Part shown: positions 36,000 to 48,200 of the stretch, piece by piece | How the letters are laid out: every line of letters begins with the position of its first letter | How positions within the stretch are numbered: the first letter of the stretch is position 1 | Source of the DNA: Octopus sinensis | Taxonomy: Eukaryota | Direction: 5' to 3' | Assembly (NCBI RefSeq): GCF_006345805.1 | Contig: NC_043024.1 | Location: 11,842,001 to 11,906,000 of the forward strand | Length of the DNA stretch: 64,000 bases | Translations under genes and position numbers: made by a program | Notes under the pieces: generated by a model | What the model saw: only the letters and a program-made list of their open reading frames with translations | What the model was told of the DNA's origin: nothing | The model's database searches: none

Positions 36000-36564
36000 T
36001 TGAGTTGTCCGGAAAGTTCGTGCCGATTTATAGTAGCTTACCTTTCCACTTATTTTAGAACGTGGTTGAGTCCACAAAATAGCACTTGACTACACCTCCA
36101 TTTAGAGCAAAATTTAAGCTAGCTTTTCGTGGAAGAAGATTTATGTTCCTATAACTGTTAATTCTGTAACCCTTTAAAATGGAAGATAAGAAAGTTCATT
36201 TTCGGCACTTGATGCTTTGGGAACCAGACAAAAAATGCTGCAGCTCGGCTGGGATGTGTTATCCCACCCTCCATATTCACCAGATATTGCTCCATCGGAT
36301 TTCCACTTATTCAGGTCTCTGCAGAATAGTCTTAATGGTAAAAATTTCAATTCCTTGGATGACGTAAAAAGATACCTTGATGAATTCTTTGCCATGAAAC
36401 CACCTCAATTCTGTGAAGAGGGTATTTTCAAGTTAAAAGGAAAGATGGAGACGCATTGTGCAACAAAATGGTTCATATTTGGTTAATTAAAAATGTAATG
36501 GCAAGTATTTATCGACCATTTTTCTTTCCTTCAAAAATCGGCACGAACTTTCCGGACAACCCAA
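36000..36564 (+). mobile_element. Internally deleted mariner (Hsmar-like) with intact TIRs
   Basis: ~30-bp TIRs ttg(a/g)gttgtccggaaagttcgtgccgattt, TA at both ends; MEDKKVHFRH... fused to LGWDVLSHPPYSPDIAPSDFHLFRSLQN. Confidence 0.92.
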
Positions 36565-36777
36565 TATTTCTGCCTTTCGTAAATCCATTCTACACACACG
36601 TACTGGCATGCATGCCTGAATGTCTTCGTTGAAATATTATAAGACTTAAATTCACTTCCTGATGTTCTGACTCGTCACACCACAACATATCCCAGTTCTT
36701 GAGGTACATTTAAACAAATAGAAGTACCAGACACTCCACTATATATGAAGAAAAGGTTAAGCGGTGTTATTACTGTA

Positions 36778-37005
36778 AAGGCGGAGAGCTGGCAGAATGG
36801 TTAGCACGCCGGGCGAAATTCTTAGCGGTATTTCGTCTGCCGCTACGTTCTGAGTTCAAATTCCGCCGAGATCGACTTTGCCTTGCATCCTTTCGGGGTC
36901 GATTAAATAAGTACCAGTTACGCACTGGGGTCGATATAATCGACTTAATCCCTTTGTCTGTCCTTGTTTGTCCTCTCTGTGTTTAGCCCCTTGTGGGTAG
37001 TGAAG
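36778..37005 (+). mobile_element. SINE family B monomer
   Basis: Head, core and tail. Confidence 0.85.
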
Positions 37006-37387
37006 ACATAGGTGTTATTACTGCTACTCATTTTACAGGTGAATGGCCTGGCAGTACCTTTCTCAAGAACACAAGGCACCATTCTCTCCTGGGAATTGAA
37101 CACAAGGACTTCCGACTGGAAGTACCAGACTGTCCCCTATATATGGAGACGCCAATTTGTCGCAAGATTAAGCAGTGATGTTACTGCTACTCATTTTACA
37201 GGTGAATGGCCTGGAAGTTTCGTTTTCAAGAATACAACGCACCAGTCTGTCCTGGAAATTGAACTCAAGGATTTGCGACTCATATAGTTGAGAAACAAGC
37301 TTCTTATCACACAGCCACACCTGCGCCTATGACAATAATAGTTGAAAGACCTGATATCAGAAATCAGATAAGCGATTATAAAACTAT

Positions 37388-37770
37388 ATAGGCGCAGGAG
37401 TGGCTGTGTGGTAAGTAGCTTGCTAACCAACCACATGGTTCCGGGTTCAGTCCCACTGCGTGGCAACTTGGGCAAGTGTCTTCTGCTATAGCCCCGGGCC
37501 GACCAAAGCCTTGTGAGTGGATTTGGTAGACGGAAACTGAAAGAAGCCTGTCGTATATATGTATATATATATATGTATGTGTGCGTTTGTGTGTCTGTGT
37601 TTGTCCCCCTAGCATTGCTTGACAACCGATGCTGGTGTGTTTACATCCCCGTCACTTATCGGTTCAGCAAAAGAGACCGATAGAATAAGTATTGGGCTTA
37701 CAAAGAATAAGTCGACTAAAGGCGGTGCTCCAGCATGGCCGCAGTCAAATTATTGAAACAAGTAAAAGAG
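37388..37770 (+). mobile_element. SINE family C
   Basis: Family consensus. Confidence 0.85.
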
Positions 37771-38839
37771 TAATCGGTTAAATATATGTGTGTGTGTGTG
37801 TCTTTGTGTCTGAGTTTGTCACCCAATCATCCCTTGGGGACCGATGTTTGTGTGTCTATGTCCCCGTAACGTAATGGTCCGGTAAAAGATATCTATAGAA
37901 TAAGTACTAGGCTTTAAAAAAAGTACCGGAGTACTCACCCAGTATCATATTCAGTAGACCATGCTTCCATATACATCTATGTGCGTGAATACATTATTCC
38001 CTCCTTGCACTCCGTCGGTTACGACGACGGGGTTTCATTTAATATGATCAACGGAACAGCCTGTTCTTTAAATTAACGTACAAGTGACTGAGCTCCCTAC
38101 AGACACGCGTGCCCTAATCGTGGCTCTCTGAAACTAGAGCGATGTGAATTATATCTAAGTATCATTTCATTTTTGGTTGCTCCAGTATAAGACTTTTTGT
38201 AATTATTTGCAAGTACATCGCATTGGTAGATTACGTTTTTAGCTTTACATATATTCGAGAATTTACGATTACCGTATATATATATATATATACGTTATGA
38301 GAGGTAATGGTGTCAATAAGACCCAAAGGTGTCAGGTATTAGTGAGTAAGTGCTATGGACAGACTATAGTTAAGCTCCAGGTTTGGTGATTATGCGAATG
38401 AGGAGTCCAACGTAGGTCGTATATCAGCATGTGTATATACAAAATTTTTCGGACTGGGATAAAAAATCCAAGGCTGTGAAAGATTTTAGAGCATTTATAA
38501 ATAGAAAGTCTTACAGGTGTTTCCGGGATACTTTATATATTCCTTCTTCGGAGACGATGTGAGGAGATGGTTAAGCAATAGTTATTCCAGATAAGATATG
38601 AAATAGGGAATGAAGTGGAGGAATGGAAATAGACGTGAGATATGTAGGGATATTGCATCTGTAGATCCCTTATTTAGGCAGAATGGTGTACATAGAAGAT
38701 CCCTATACCATGTGAGTAACTTCCAATAGTATTTAAAATTTGTCTTTCCAAGTATAGAGTTCGTACACGGTATTATTGAATCATAAACTAGAGGATTTAT
38801 ATACATATACATATATATATATACATATATATATATATA

Positions 38840-39222
38840 CTAGCAGTATCGCTCGGGTTTCTAAGGGAAATAACTATATAAGCATTTTTAGAGAGTTATA
38901 GCCAAAAAGTAGCAAAAAATGCATTAAAAATGGAAAAAAATGATGGTAAATTTTTTTTAAATCGTTGACTCATCGTAGATATTTTTAGAGAGTTACTTCT
39001 CTTATATAATAGCGAAAAAATGCATTAAAATGGAAAAAAATGAGGGTAAATTTTTTTAAATCGTAGACTCATCGTAGACGCGCGCTAATACCCAGAAGGG
39101 CTCGATATGAATCATGACTATACGAAACCCGGTTTTGGTTAAACTGCACCGCAAAATGTGGGAGAAGTTAGGAACCTAAATCGTGGGAGACAGACACACA
39201 ACTTCACTTTTATATATAAAGA
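38840..39222 (-). mobile_element. Helitron family H1
   Basis: CTAG and TC ends; internal duplication. Confidence 0.78.
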
Positions 39223-39878
39223 TATATATGTTTGACGTTGTTTGTGGATATGTATGTGTATGAGTGTATGTATGTGTGTATACATATAATTATGTATGTA
39301 TGTGCGATTGATCTGTGGCTGTGCGTGTGCGTATGTGCGTTTCTTGACTAACTAACCGTAAAATTTCTTTTGTGATTCAAATTTTAAACTATAAGCCAAT
39401 CGAATTAATCTAGAATAATCAATATCAAGCGGACAGAATAACCAGACTCATAGATATGTCGATGTCCGATGGATGTACTTGGTACAGACATAATTGTATC
39501 TATTATTATTATTATTATTATTAATATTAATAGTAATTTTTATTAACTTTTACAGGCTTATAATTTTATGAACTGAACTGTGTTTTTTTATTATTTTTCA
39601 TGTATAGGTCTGATTTTAATTTAAATGTGAGTGTGCATATATTTTCCTGTGTGTTAGTTTTTAGAACTATTAGCCCAATATGTAGAATAACTGTGCTTAT
39701 TAATATATATTGATATATATTTTGTTTTATTTTGTTTTGTTTATTTTGTATTATTGTATTAATGAGTATATATATATGTGTAGTATTATGGGTGTCTATG
39801 CACACGTTTTTATATTTTATATTTTTATATTTATATGTATATAAAAAAAATTTTTTTCACACTTATAATAAATTAAAT

Positions 39879-39989
39879 TCTCTGAAGAGGCCGTGGGGCA
39901 TCCTTGTTAATGTCTCATTTATACCTGCCTTATATGGCTTATAGGTTAAATGAGGCATGCTTGCCCTTACTGCCGAAACAGCTGTCAGA
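39879..39989 (+). ncRNA. Type I hammerhead ribozyme motif with long stem II
   Basis: ucu CUGAAGA GGC[86-nt stem II]GCC GAAAC AGCU GUC|aga; nested helices ggccgtggggca/tgcccttactgcc and tgtctcattta/taaatgaggca; palindromic ACAGCUGU. Confidence 0.75.
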
Positions 39990-40181
39990 TATGATATAAT
40001 TACATATTATATTTTATATTTTATATTTCTATTTCCTTGTCTAATTATATTTATAACATATTTTGTATAATGCCTTTACTGTTATGTAATGGTGTAATAA
40101 AGTATTGATTGGTATCATCTGATGGTTGATGTTTGATTGATTTAAGTATGTTTCTCCATTTTCTAATTTTGTAGTTATATA

Positions 40182-40251
<70 letters not shown>

Positions 40252-40398
40252 AACATATATAGGACGCAGGGATTTTGCAGTACCGCAAAATCCTTTGCGT
40301 CCTGTTTTTCATTTGATACATATATCCTATCACCTATGCCACTAACGGGCATATACAGGTGCTTGCATTTATCAAGTATTCACCCTGAATTTATTATA

Positions 40399-40472
<74 letters not shown>

Positions 40473-40482
40473 TATATATATA

Positions 40483-41321
40483 CTAGCAGTATTGCCCGGC
40501 TCGTGCGCTCATGCGTTCTATGCACGCGCGAATTAAGTTAAACTTGGATGAAGTTCAATCAAAATTCAATTATTTTGGTTTTAAAATCAAGCATTTAATG
40601 CCCTCTATTTTTGCGCTTATGTGTTCCATTTCCTCAATAGGAAGTACGTAGAAGCGTTTCATAAATTTTTGTTGATCAAATAATTGCATTGTGAAATTAT
40701 TCTTTTAGATCAGTATTTCTCAACGGGGATTTCAGGGGAGAGTTTCAGGGAGTCGCTGGCAATGTATCGTGATGATCAAAAATCCGGCCTGCTAAAATTT
40801 GGTTAAAGTGATTCAAACTGCAGACTCAACGCAAAATGGTCACATTTAATTCAAAGCGTTAAAAATGTTATGAAAGCAATTGGTATGTGTTCACAAAGTC
40901 CAAACAATTAATACGAAAAAACCCTCCAGGCTACATCCCGAAAATTTATTTCTTTGCCGAATTTCTACAATGTTTACGGCGATTCGTTTTTATATCTTGA
41001 TTTTTTTTTATTTTTCATGCAATTTACGCATGCTTGCACGCGTGGTGAACACAGTTCACGTCAAACAGCTGACTGAGTAAAGTTCACTCTTCAATGCATG
41101 GGATAAGGCCTAAACAAACACATTATCGATTTTTGCACTTGCGAGATGAATTTCGGAACAGAAAAAGCGCAGTTCAATTTTCATTCGCCTAAACTTTAAG
41201 TGACCCATTTTTGGTGGTTCTACGATTTGTTGGCTAGGAGAAGATGTGCCGGGAAGTTAAACACACAGACACGCACACAGATACACACAGAGACACACAA
41301 GTTGAGTTTTATATAGAGAGA
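40483..41321 (-). mobile_element. Helitron family H3
   Basis: actagcagtattgcccgg... and ...ttttatatagagagat ends like H1/H2. Confidence 0.7.
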
Positions 41322-41415
41322 TTTAATCTTTCTATATGTAATTTTTCTAAATGGTATAATTTAATTTTTCATTATTGAATTGATAAAAGCGTGCTAACGT
41401 CTCTGCCAGCTCGCA

Positions 41416-44400
41416 GAACTGTCCGGAGTGTTGCCATAGTAACGGAGCTAAATCAGGCAGAGTAAAGCCGCTCAGCACAGATTAACCTCGAACACTGCTG
41501 TGCATGTGCACGAAGTTTTAACGTTCTGGCTCACTTCCGGTATTTAAAGCAGTGCTTGGAAGAAAGGTGTGTAGCGTGTGATCATCGCATTGATCATGGT
41601 AAAGGTGAGTAGAGAATCTGCATCAATTTGTCAAAAGCTTGGTGATACCTGCTCAGAGGAGTGTGCGAGTGTTCAGACGTTTCCCAGAATGGCCGAGAAA
41701 TGTCGATATTGACGAAGGTTCTGGGAGACCCACAACCAGCAGGACAGAGCAAAACATCGCAGATGTGCGTGCAGCCGTGAAGGGGAAATCGTCGAATCCC
41801 CATCTGTGAGTTATCAGAGGTTGTGCAGGTTAGCTACGGTTCAGGTCAGTCCATTATCACTGAAGATTTCGGTGTGAGACGCGTGTCTGCCAAGTTTTTA
41901 AGCAGACTGCTTTCAGCTGACCAAAAATACACTCAGGATTCAATTGCCCAAAATCTCCTTCACTGTATCGAGAACGATGAGAACTTTTTGACAACGGCCA
42001 TAACAGGTGAGGAATCGTGGGTCTGTGGAAATGACCCCGAAACAAGGCTCGGTATTCGCAGTGGAAGACCCCAACCTGTCCGAGACCGAAGAAAGCGCGA
42101 ATAACTTGAAGCAATGTGAAGACACAAATAACTGCGGCGTTTACAGGATGCTATTCGTCGGAAAAGGCTATTCTGCGGAAAAGGCTATTCGGCGGAAAAG
42201 GCTATTCGTCGGAAGATGTTATTCGTCGGAAAATGCTATTCATCGGAAAAGGCTATTCGTCGGAAAAGGCGATTCGGCGGAAAAGGCTATTCGTCGGAAA
42301 AGGCTATTCGTCGGAAAAGGCTATTTGTCGGAAAAGGTTATTATTCGGAAAAGTCTATTCGTCGGAAAAGGCTATAGGTCGGAAAAGGCTATTCGTCGGA
42401 AAAGGCTATTCGTCGGAAAAGGCTATTTGTCGGAAAAGGTTATTATTCGGAAAAGGCTATTCGTCGGAAAAGGCTATAGGTCGGAAAAGGCTATTCGTCG
42501 GAAAAGGCTATTCGTCGGAAAATGTTATTCGTCGGAAAATGCTATTCATCGGAAAAGGCTATTCGTCGTAAAAGGCTATTCGTCGGAAAAGGCTATAGGT
42601 CGGGAAAAGCTATTCGTTGGAAAAGGCTATAGGTTGGAAAAGGCTATAGGTCGGAAAAGGCGATAGGTCGGAAAAGTCTATTCGTCGGAAAAGGCTATTC
42701 GGCGAAAAAGGCTATTCGGCGGAAAAGGCTATTCGTCGGAAAAGGCTATTTGTCGGAAAAGGTTATTATTCGGAAAATTCTATTCGTCGGAAAAGGCTAT
42801 TCGTCGGAAAAGTCTATTTGTCGGAAAAGGCTATTCGTCGGAAAGGCTATTTGTCGGAAAAGGTTATTATTCGGAAAAGTCTATTCGTCGGAAAAGGCTA
42901 TAGGTCGGAAAAGGCTATTCGTCGGAAAAGGCTATTCGTCTGAAAAGGCTATTTGTCGGAAAAGGTTATTATTCGGAAAAGGCTATTCGTCGGAAAAGGC
43001 TATAGGTCGGAAAATGTTATTCGTCGGAAAATGCTATTCATCGGAAAAGGCTATTCGTCGTAAAAGGCTATTCGTCGGAAAAGTCTATTCGACGGGAAAT
43101 GCTATTCGTCGGAAAAGGCTATAGGTCGGGAAAAGCTATTCGTTGGAAAAGGCTATAGGTTGGAAAAGGCTATAGGTCGGAAAAGGCGATAGGTCGGAAA
43201 AGTCTATTCGTCGGAAAAGGCTATTCGGCGAAAAAGGCTATTCGGCGGAAAAGGCTATTCGTCGGAAAAGGCTATTTGTCGGAAAAGGTTATTATTCGGA
43301 AAATTCTATTCGTCGGAAAAGGCTATTCGTCGGAAAAGTCTATTTGTCGGAAAAGGCTATTCGTCGGGAAAGGCTATTTGTCGGAAAAGGTTATTATTCG
43401 GAAAAGTCTATTCGTCGGAAAAGGCTATAGGTCGGAAAAGGCTATTCGTCGGAAAAGGCTATTCGTCTGAAAAGGCTATTTGTCGGAAAAGGTTATTATT
43501 CGGAAAAGGCTATTCGTCGGAAAAGGCTATTCGTCGGAAAATGTTATTCGTCGGAAAATGCTATTCATCGGAAAAGGCTATTCGTCGTAAAAGGCTATTC
43601 GTCGGAAAAGTCTATTCGTCGGGAAATGCTATTCGTCGGAAAAGGCTATAGGTCGGGAAAAGCTATTCGTTGGAAAAGGCTATAGGTTGGAAAAGGCTAT
43701 AGGTCGGAAAAGGCGATAGGTCGGAAAAGTCTATTCGTTGGAAAAGGCTATTCGGTGGAAAAGGCTATTTGTCGGAAAAGGTTATTATTCGGAAAAGTCT
43801 ATTCGTCGGAAAAGGCTATTCGTCGGAAAAGTCTATTTGTCGGAAAAGGCTATTCGTCGGAAAAGGCAATTCGTCGGAAAAGGCTATTCGTCGGAAAAGT
43901 CTATTCGTCGGAAAAGGCTATAGGTCGGGAAAAGCTATTCGTTGGAAAAGGCTATAGGTCGGAAAAGGCTATTCGGCGGAAAGACTATTCGTCGGAAAAG
44001 GCTATTCGGCGGAAAGACTATTCGTCGGAAAAGGCTATTCGTCGGAAAAGTCTATTCGTCGGAAAAGTCTATTCCTCGGAAAAGGCTATTCGTCGGAAAA
44101 GTCTATTCGTCAGAAAAGGCTATTCGTCGGAAAATGCTATTCGTGGGAAAAGATTATTATTCGGGAAAGTCTATTCGTCGGAAAAGGCTATTCGTCGGAA
44201 ACGGATGTAGGTCGGAAAAGGCTATTCGTCGGAAAAGGCTATTCGTCGGAAACGGATATAGGTCGGAAAAGGCTATTCGTCGGAAAAGGCTATTCGTCGG
44301 AAAAGGCAATTCCTCGGAAACGTCTATTCGGTGGAAAAGGCTATTCGTCGGAAACGGATATAGGTCGGAAAAGGCTGTTCGTCGGAAAAGGCTATTCGTC

Positions 44401-46790
44401 GGAAAAGGCTATTCGTCGGAAAAGGCTATTGGGCGGAAAGGCTATTCGTCTGAAAAGGCTATAGGTCGGAAAAGTCTATTAATCGGAAAAGGCTATTCGT
44501 CGGAAAAGGCTATAGGTCGGAAAAGGCTATTCGGCTGAAAGACTATTCGTCGGAAAAGGCTATTCGGCGGAAAGACTATTCGTCATAAAAAGGCTATAGG
44601 TCGGAAAAGGCTATTCGGCGGAAAAGGCTATTCGTCGGAAAAGAATATTCGTCGGAAAAGGCTATTCGTCGGAAAAGGCAATTCGTCGGAAAAGGCTATT
44701 CGTCGGAAAAGGTTATTCGTCGGCAAAGGCAATTCGTCGGAAAATGCTATAGGTCGCAAAAGGCTATTCGTCGGAAAAGGCAATTCGTCGGAAAATGCTA
44801 TTCATCGGAAAAGGCTATTCATCGGAAAAGGCTATTCGTCGGAAAAGTCTATTCGTCGGAAAAGGTTATTCGTCGGAAAAGTTTATTCATCGGAAAAGGC
44901 TATTCGTCGGAAAAGGCTATTCGTCGGAAAAGGCTATAGGTCGGAAAAGGCTATTCGTCGGAAAAGGCTATTCGTCGCAAAATGTTATTATTCGGAAAAG
45001 TCTATTCGTCGGAAAAGCCTATTCGTCGGAAAAGGTTGGGAATGGCTATTCGTTGGAAAAGGCTATAGGTCGGAAAAGGCTATAGGTCGGAAAAGGCTAT
45101 TCGGCGGAAAAGGCTATTCGTCGGAAAAGGCTATTCGTCGGAAAAGGCTATTTGTCGGAAAAGGTTATTATTCGGAAAAGTCTATTCGTCGGAAAAGGCT
45201 ATTCGTCGGAAAAGTCTATTCGTCGGAAAAGGCTATTCGTCGGAAAAGGCTATAGGTTGGAAAAGGCTATAGGTCGGAAAAGTCTATTCGTAGGAAAAAG
45301 CTATTCGTCGGAAAAGGCTATTCGTCGGAAAAGGCTATTTGTCGGAAAAGGTTATTATTCGGAAAAGTCTATTCGTCGGAAAAGGCTATTCGTCGGAAAA
45401 GTCTATTCGTCGGAAAAGGCTATTCGTCGGAAAGACTATTCGTCGGAAAAGGCTATTCGTCGGAAAAGGCAATTCGGTGGAAAAGGCTATTCGTCGGAAA
45501 AGGCTATAGGTCGGGAAAGGCTATTCGTTGGAAAAGGCTATAGGTCGGAAAAGGCATTAGGTCGGGAAAGGCTATTCGTTGGAAAAGGCTATAGGTCGGA
45601 AAAGGCATTAGGTCGGAAAAGTCTATTCGTAGGAAAAAGCTATTCGTCGGAAAAGGCTATTCGTCGGAAAAGTCTCTTCGTCGGAAAAGGCTATTCGTCG
45701 GAAAGACTATTCGTCGGAAAAGGCTATTCGTCGGAAAAGGCAATTCGGTGGAAAAGGCTATTCGTCGGAAAAGGCTATAGGTCGGGAAAGGCTATTCGTT
45801 GGAAAAGGCTATAGGTCGGAAAAGGCATTAGGACGGAAAAGTCTATTCGTCGGAAAAGGCTATTCGCCCGAAAAGGCTATTCGTCTGGAAAAGGCTATAG
45901 GTCGGAAACGCTAGTCTATTCGTCGGAAAAGGCTATTTGTCGGAAAAGGTTATTATTCGGAAAAGTTTATTCGTCGGAAAAGGCTATTCGTCGGAAAAGG
46001 CTATTCGTCGGAAAAGGCTATTTGTCGGAAAAGGTTATTATTCGGAAAAGGCTATAGGTCGGAAAAGGCTATTCGTCGGAAAAGTCTATTCGTCGGAAAA
46101 GGCTATTCGTCGGAAAAGGCTATAGGTCGGAAAAGGCTATAGGTCGGAAAAGTCTATTCGTCGGAAAAGGCTATTCGTCGGAAAAGGCTATTCGTCAGAA
46201 AAGTCTATTCGTCGGAAAAGGCTATTCGTCGGAAAAGGCTATAGGTCGGAAAAGGCTATAGGTCGGAAAAGTCTATTCGTCGGAAAAGGCTATTCGTCGG
46301 AAAAGGCTATTCGTCAGAAATGTCTATTCGTCGGAAAAGGCTATTCGTCGGAAAAGGCTATAGGTCGGGAAAGGCTATTCGTTGGAAAAGGCTATAGGTC
46401 GGAAAAGGCATTAGGTCGGAAAAGTCTATTTGTTGGAAAAGGTTATTCGCCCGAAAAGGCTATTCGTCTGGAAAAGGCTATAGGTCGGAAAACGCTATTC
46501 GTCGGAAAAAGCTATTCGTCGGAAATAGGCTACAGTTGCATGCATCCGTTGAGTGGCAATTGCACCATGACAACGCACCTGCCGATTCAGCGCAGCTTGT
46601 GCAGCAGTTTTTGGCTAGGCATAGCATTCCCCATGTTCGACATCCACCGTATTCCCCAGATCTCGCCCTTCGAGAATTTTTCCTTTTTCCAAAAATCAAA
46701 TCTGGCTTCAAATGAAGATTTCAGGACGTCGAGGAAATCTGATTATCACAGGAACCCCGTGCTGCTAAAACAAATATCATAAAGTACTGA
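41416..46790 (+). pseudogene. Mariner (DD34D) transposase relic split by a 4.4-kb minisatellite
   Basis: RICI..CQKLG, GRPTTSRT, RRVSAKF..RLL, GEESW..DPET, PRPKKAR, LRRLQDAIRRKR | array | WQLHHDNAPA..HPPYSPDLA...FFLFPKIK; stops and frameshifts. Confidence 0.9.
42150..46528. repeat. 17-bp minisatellite (gctattcgtcggaaaag), about 258 copies, with higher-order blocks
   Basis: Direct periodicity; three units = the 17-aa AIRRKRLFVGKGYSSEK repeat in the ORF track. Confidence 0.97.
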
Positions 46791-46840
46791 AAACGCATCA
46801 TTCTAACAACCTTTAGCATCTGCGTAGCTTTTGTCGCATA

Positions 46841-47236
46841 TCTTTATATATAAAAGTGAAGTTGTGTGAGAGTCTGTCTCCTCCTATTTAGATTCCTAAC
46901 TGCTCCCACATTTTGCGGTGCAGTTTAACCAAAACCGGGTATCTTATAGTCGTGATTCATATCGAGCCCTTCTGGGTATTAGCGCGCGTCTACGATGAGT
47001 CAACAATTTAAAAAAAAATTTAATTATTTTTTCATTTTAATGCATTTTTTCGCTATTATATAAGGGAAGTAACTCTCTAAAAATGTCTACGATGAGTCAA
47101 CGATTTAAAAAAAATTTACCATAATTTTTTTTCCATTTTTAATGCATATTTTTGCTATTTTTGGCTATAACTCTCTAAAAATGGTTATATAGTTATTTCC
47201 CTTACAAACCCGAGGAACGCCGGGCGATACTGCTAG
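46841..47236 (+). mobile_element. Helitron family H1
   Basis: A|TC...cccgaggaacgccggg..CTAG|T, the canonical AT target. Confidence 0.85.
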
Positions 47237-47302
47237 TTTTCCGATATACACAAACTACTCAACACCTCCTTACTGCCTTTTGTTTTGTCAAGTCTTTATA
47301 AC

Positions 47303-47390
47303 ACTGTAATCCCCCGACTATCGCGGGTGTTACGTTCCAAACCACCCGCGATAGGTGAAAATCCGCGAAGTAGAAACAATACTGTACTGT
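47303..47390 (+). mobile_element. Tigger/pogo-like MITE 5' fragment (second fragment at 92-150)
   Basis: ctgtaatcccccgactatcgcgg... terminus; shared acccgcgataggtgaaaatccgcgaagtag. Confidence 0.55.
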
Positions 47391-47638
47391 ATCCTTTTAC
47401 TCTTTGCTCTTTTACTTGTTTCAGTCATTTTGACTGCGGCCATGCTGGAGCATCGCCTTTAGTCGAGCAAATCGACCCCAGGACTTATTCTTTGTAAGCC
47501 TAGTACTTATTTTATCGATCTCTTTTGCCGAACCGCTAAGTTTCGGGGACGTAAACACACCAGCATCGGTTGTCAAGCGATGTTGGGGAACAATTACAGA
47601 CACACAAGCGTATATACATACATACATACATACATACA

Positions 47639-47673
<35 letters not shown>

Positions 47674-47780
47674 GTCTTTTGACGACGGTCGTCGCTCTGA
47701 CAAACATTGTTATATTCCGAAGACATCGATAGAACGTACAGTGCCAGATAGAACGTACAGTGCCAGATAGAACAGTTCTC

Positions 47781-48200
47781 AGAGAGAAAAAAGGAGGGAA
47801 AAAAGGAGAGAAAAAGGAGAGAGAAAAAAGGAGAGAAAAAAGGAGAGAAAAGAGGAGAGAAAAGAGGAGAGAAAAAAGAGAGAAAAAAGGAGAGAAAAAA
47901 GAGAAAGGAGAGAAAAAGAGAGAAAAAAGGGAGAAAAAAAGGGAGAAAAAGGAGAGAAAAAAAGGCGAGAGAAAAAAGGGAGAAAAAGGAGAGAGAAAAA
48001 AGGAGAGAGAAAAAGGAGAGAAAAAATGAGAGAAAAAAAGGAATTTGAACTCCTATTTCTTTACTACCCACAAGGGGGCTAAACACAGAGGGGACAAACA
48101 AGGAGAGTAAAAAGGAGAGAGAAAAAGGAGAGAAAAAAGGAGAGAGAAAAAAGGAGAGAAAAAAGTAGAGAAAAAAGGAGAGAGAAAAAAGGAGAGAAAG
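47781..48200. repeat. Homopurine tract, (GAGAAAAAAG)n-like, interrupted by a SINE-B fragment
   Basis: Almost only A/G over about 270 + 95 bp. Confidence 0.9.

Noticed and set aside
38300-38800. Possible RT or GIY-YIG remnant on the minus strand
   Set aside because: Only 3-4-residue resemblances across broken frames; not supportable.
42007-46125. Many basic AIRRKRLFVGKGYSSEK ORFs resembling protamine or histone-like proteins
   Set aside because: Translations of the 17-bp array with frequent frameshifts inside a dead transposase.
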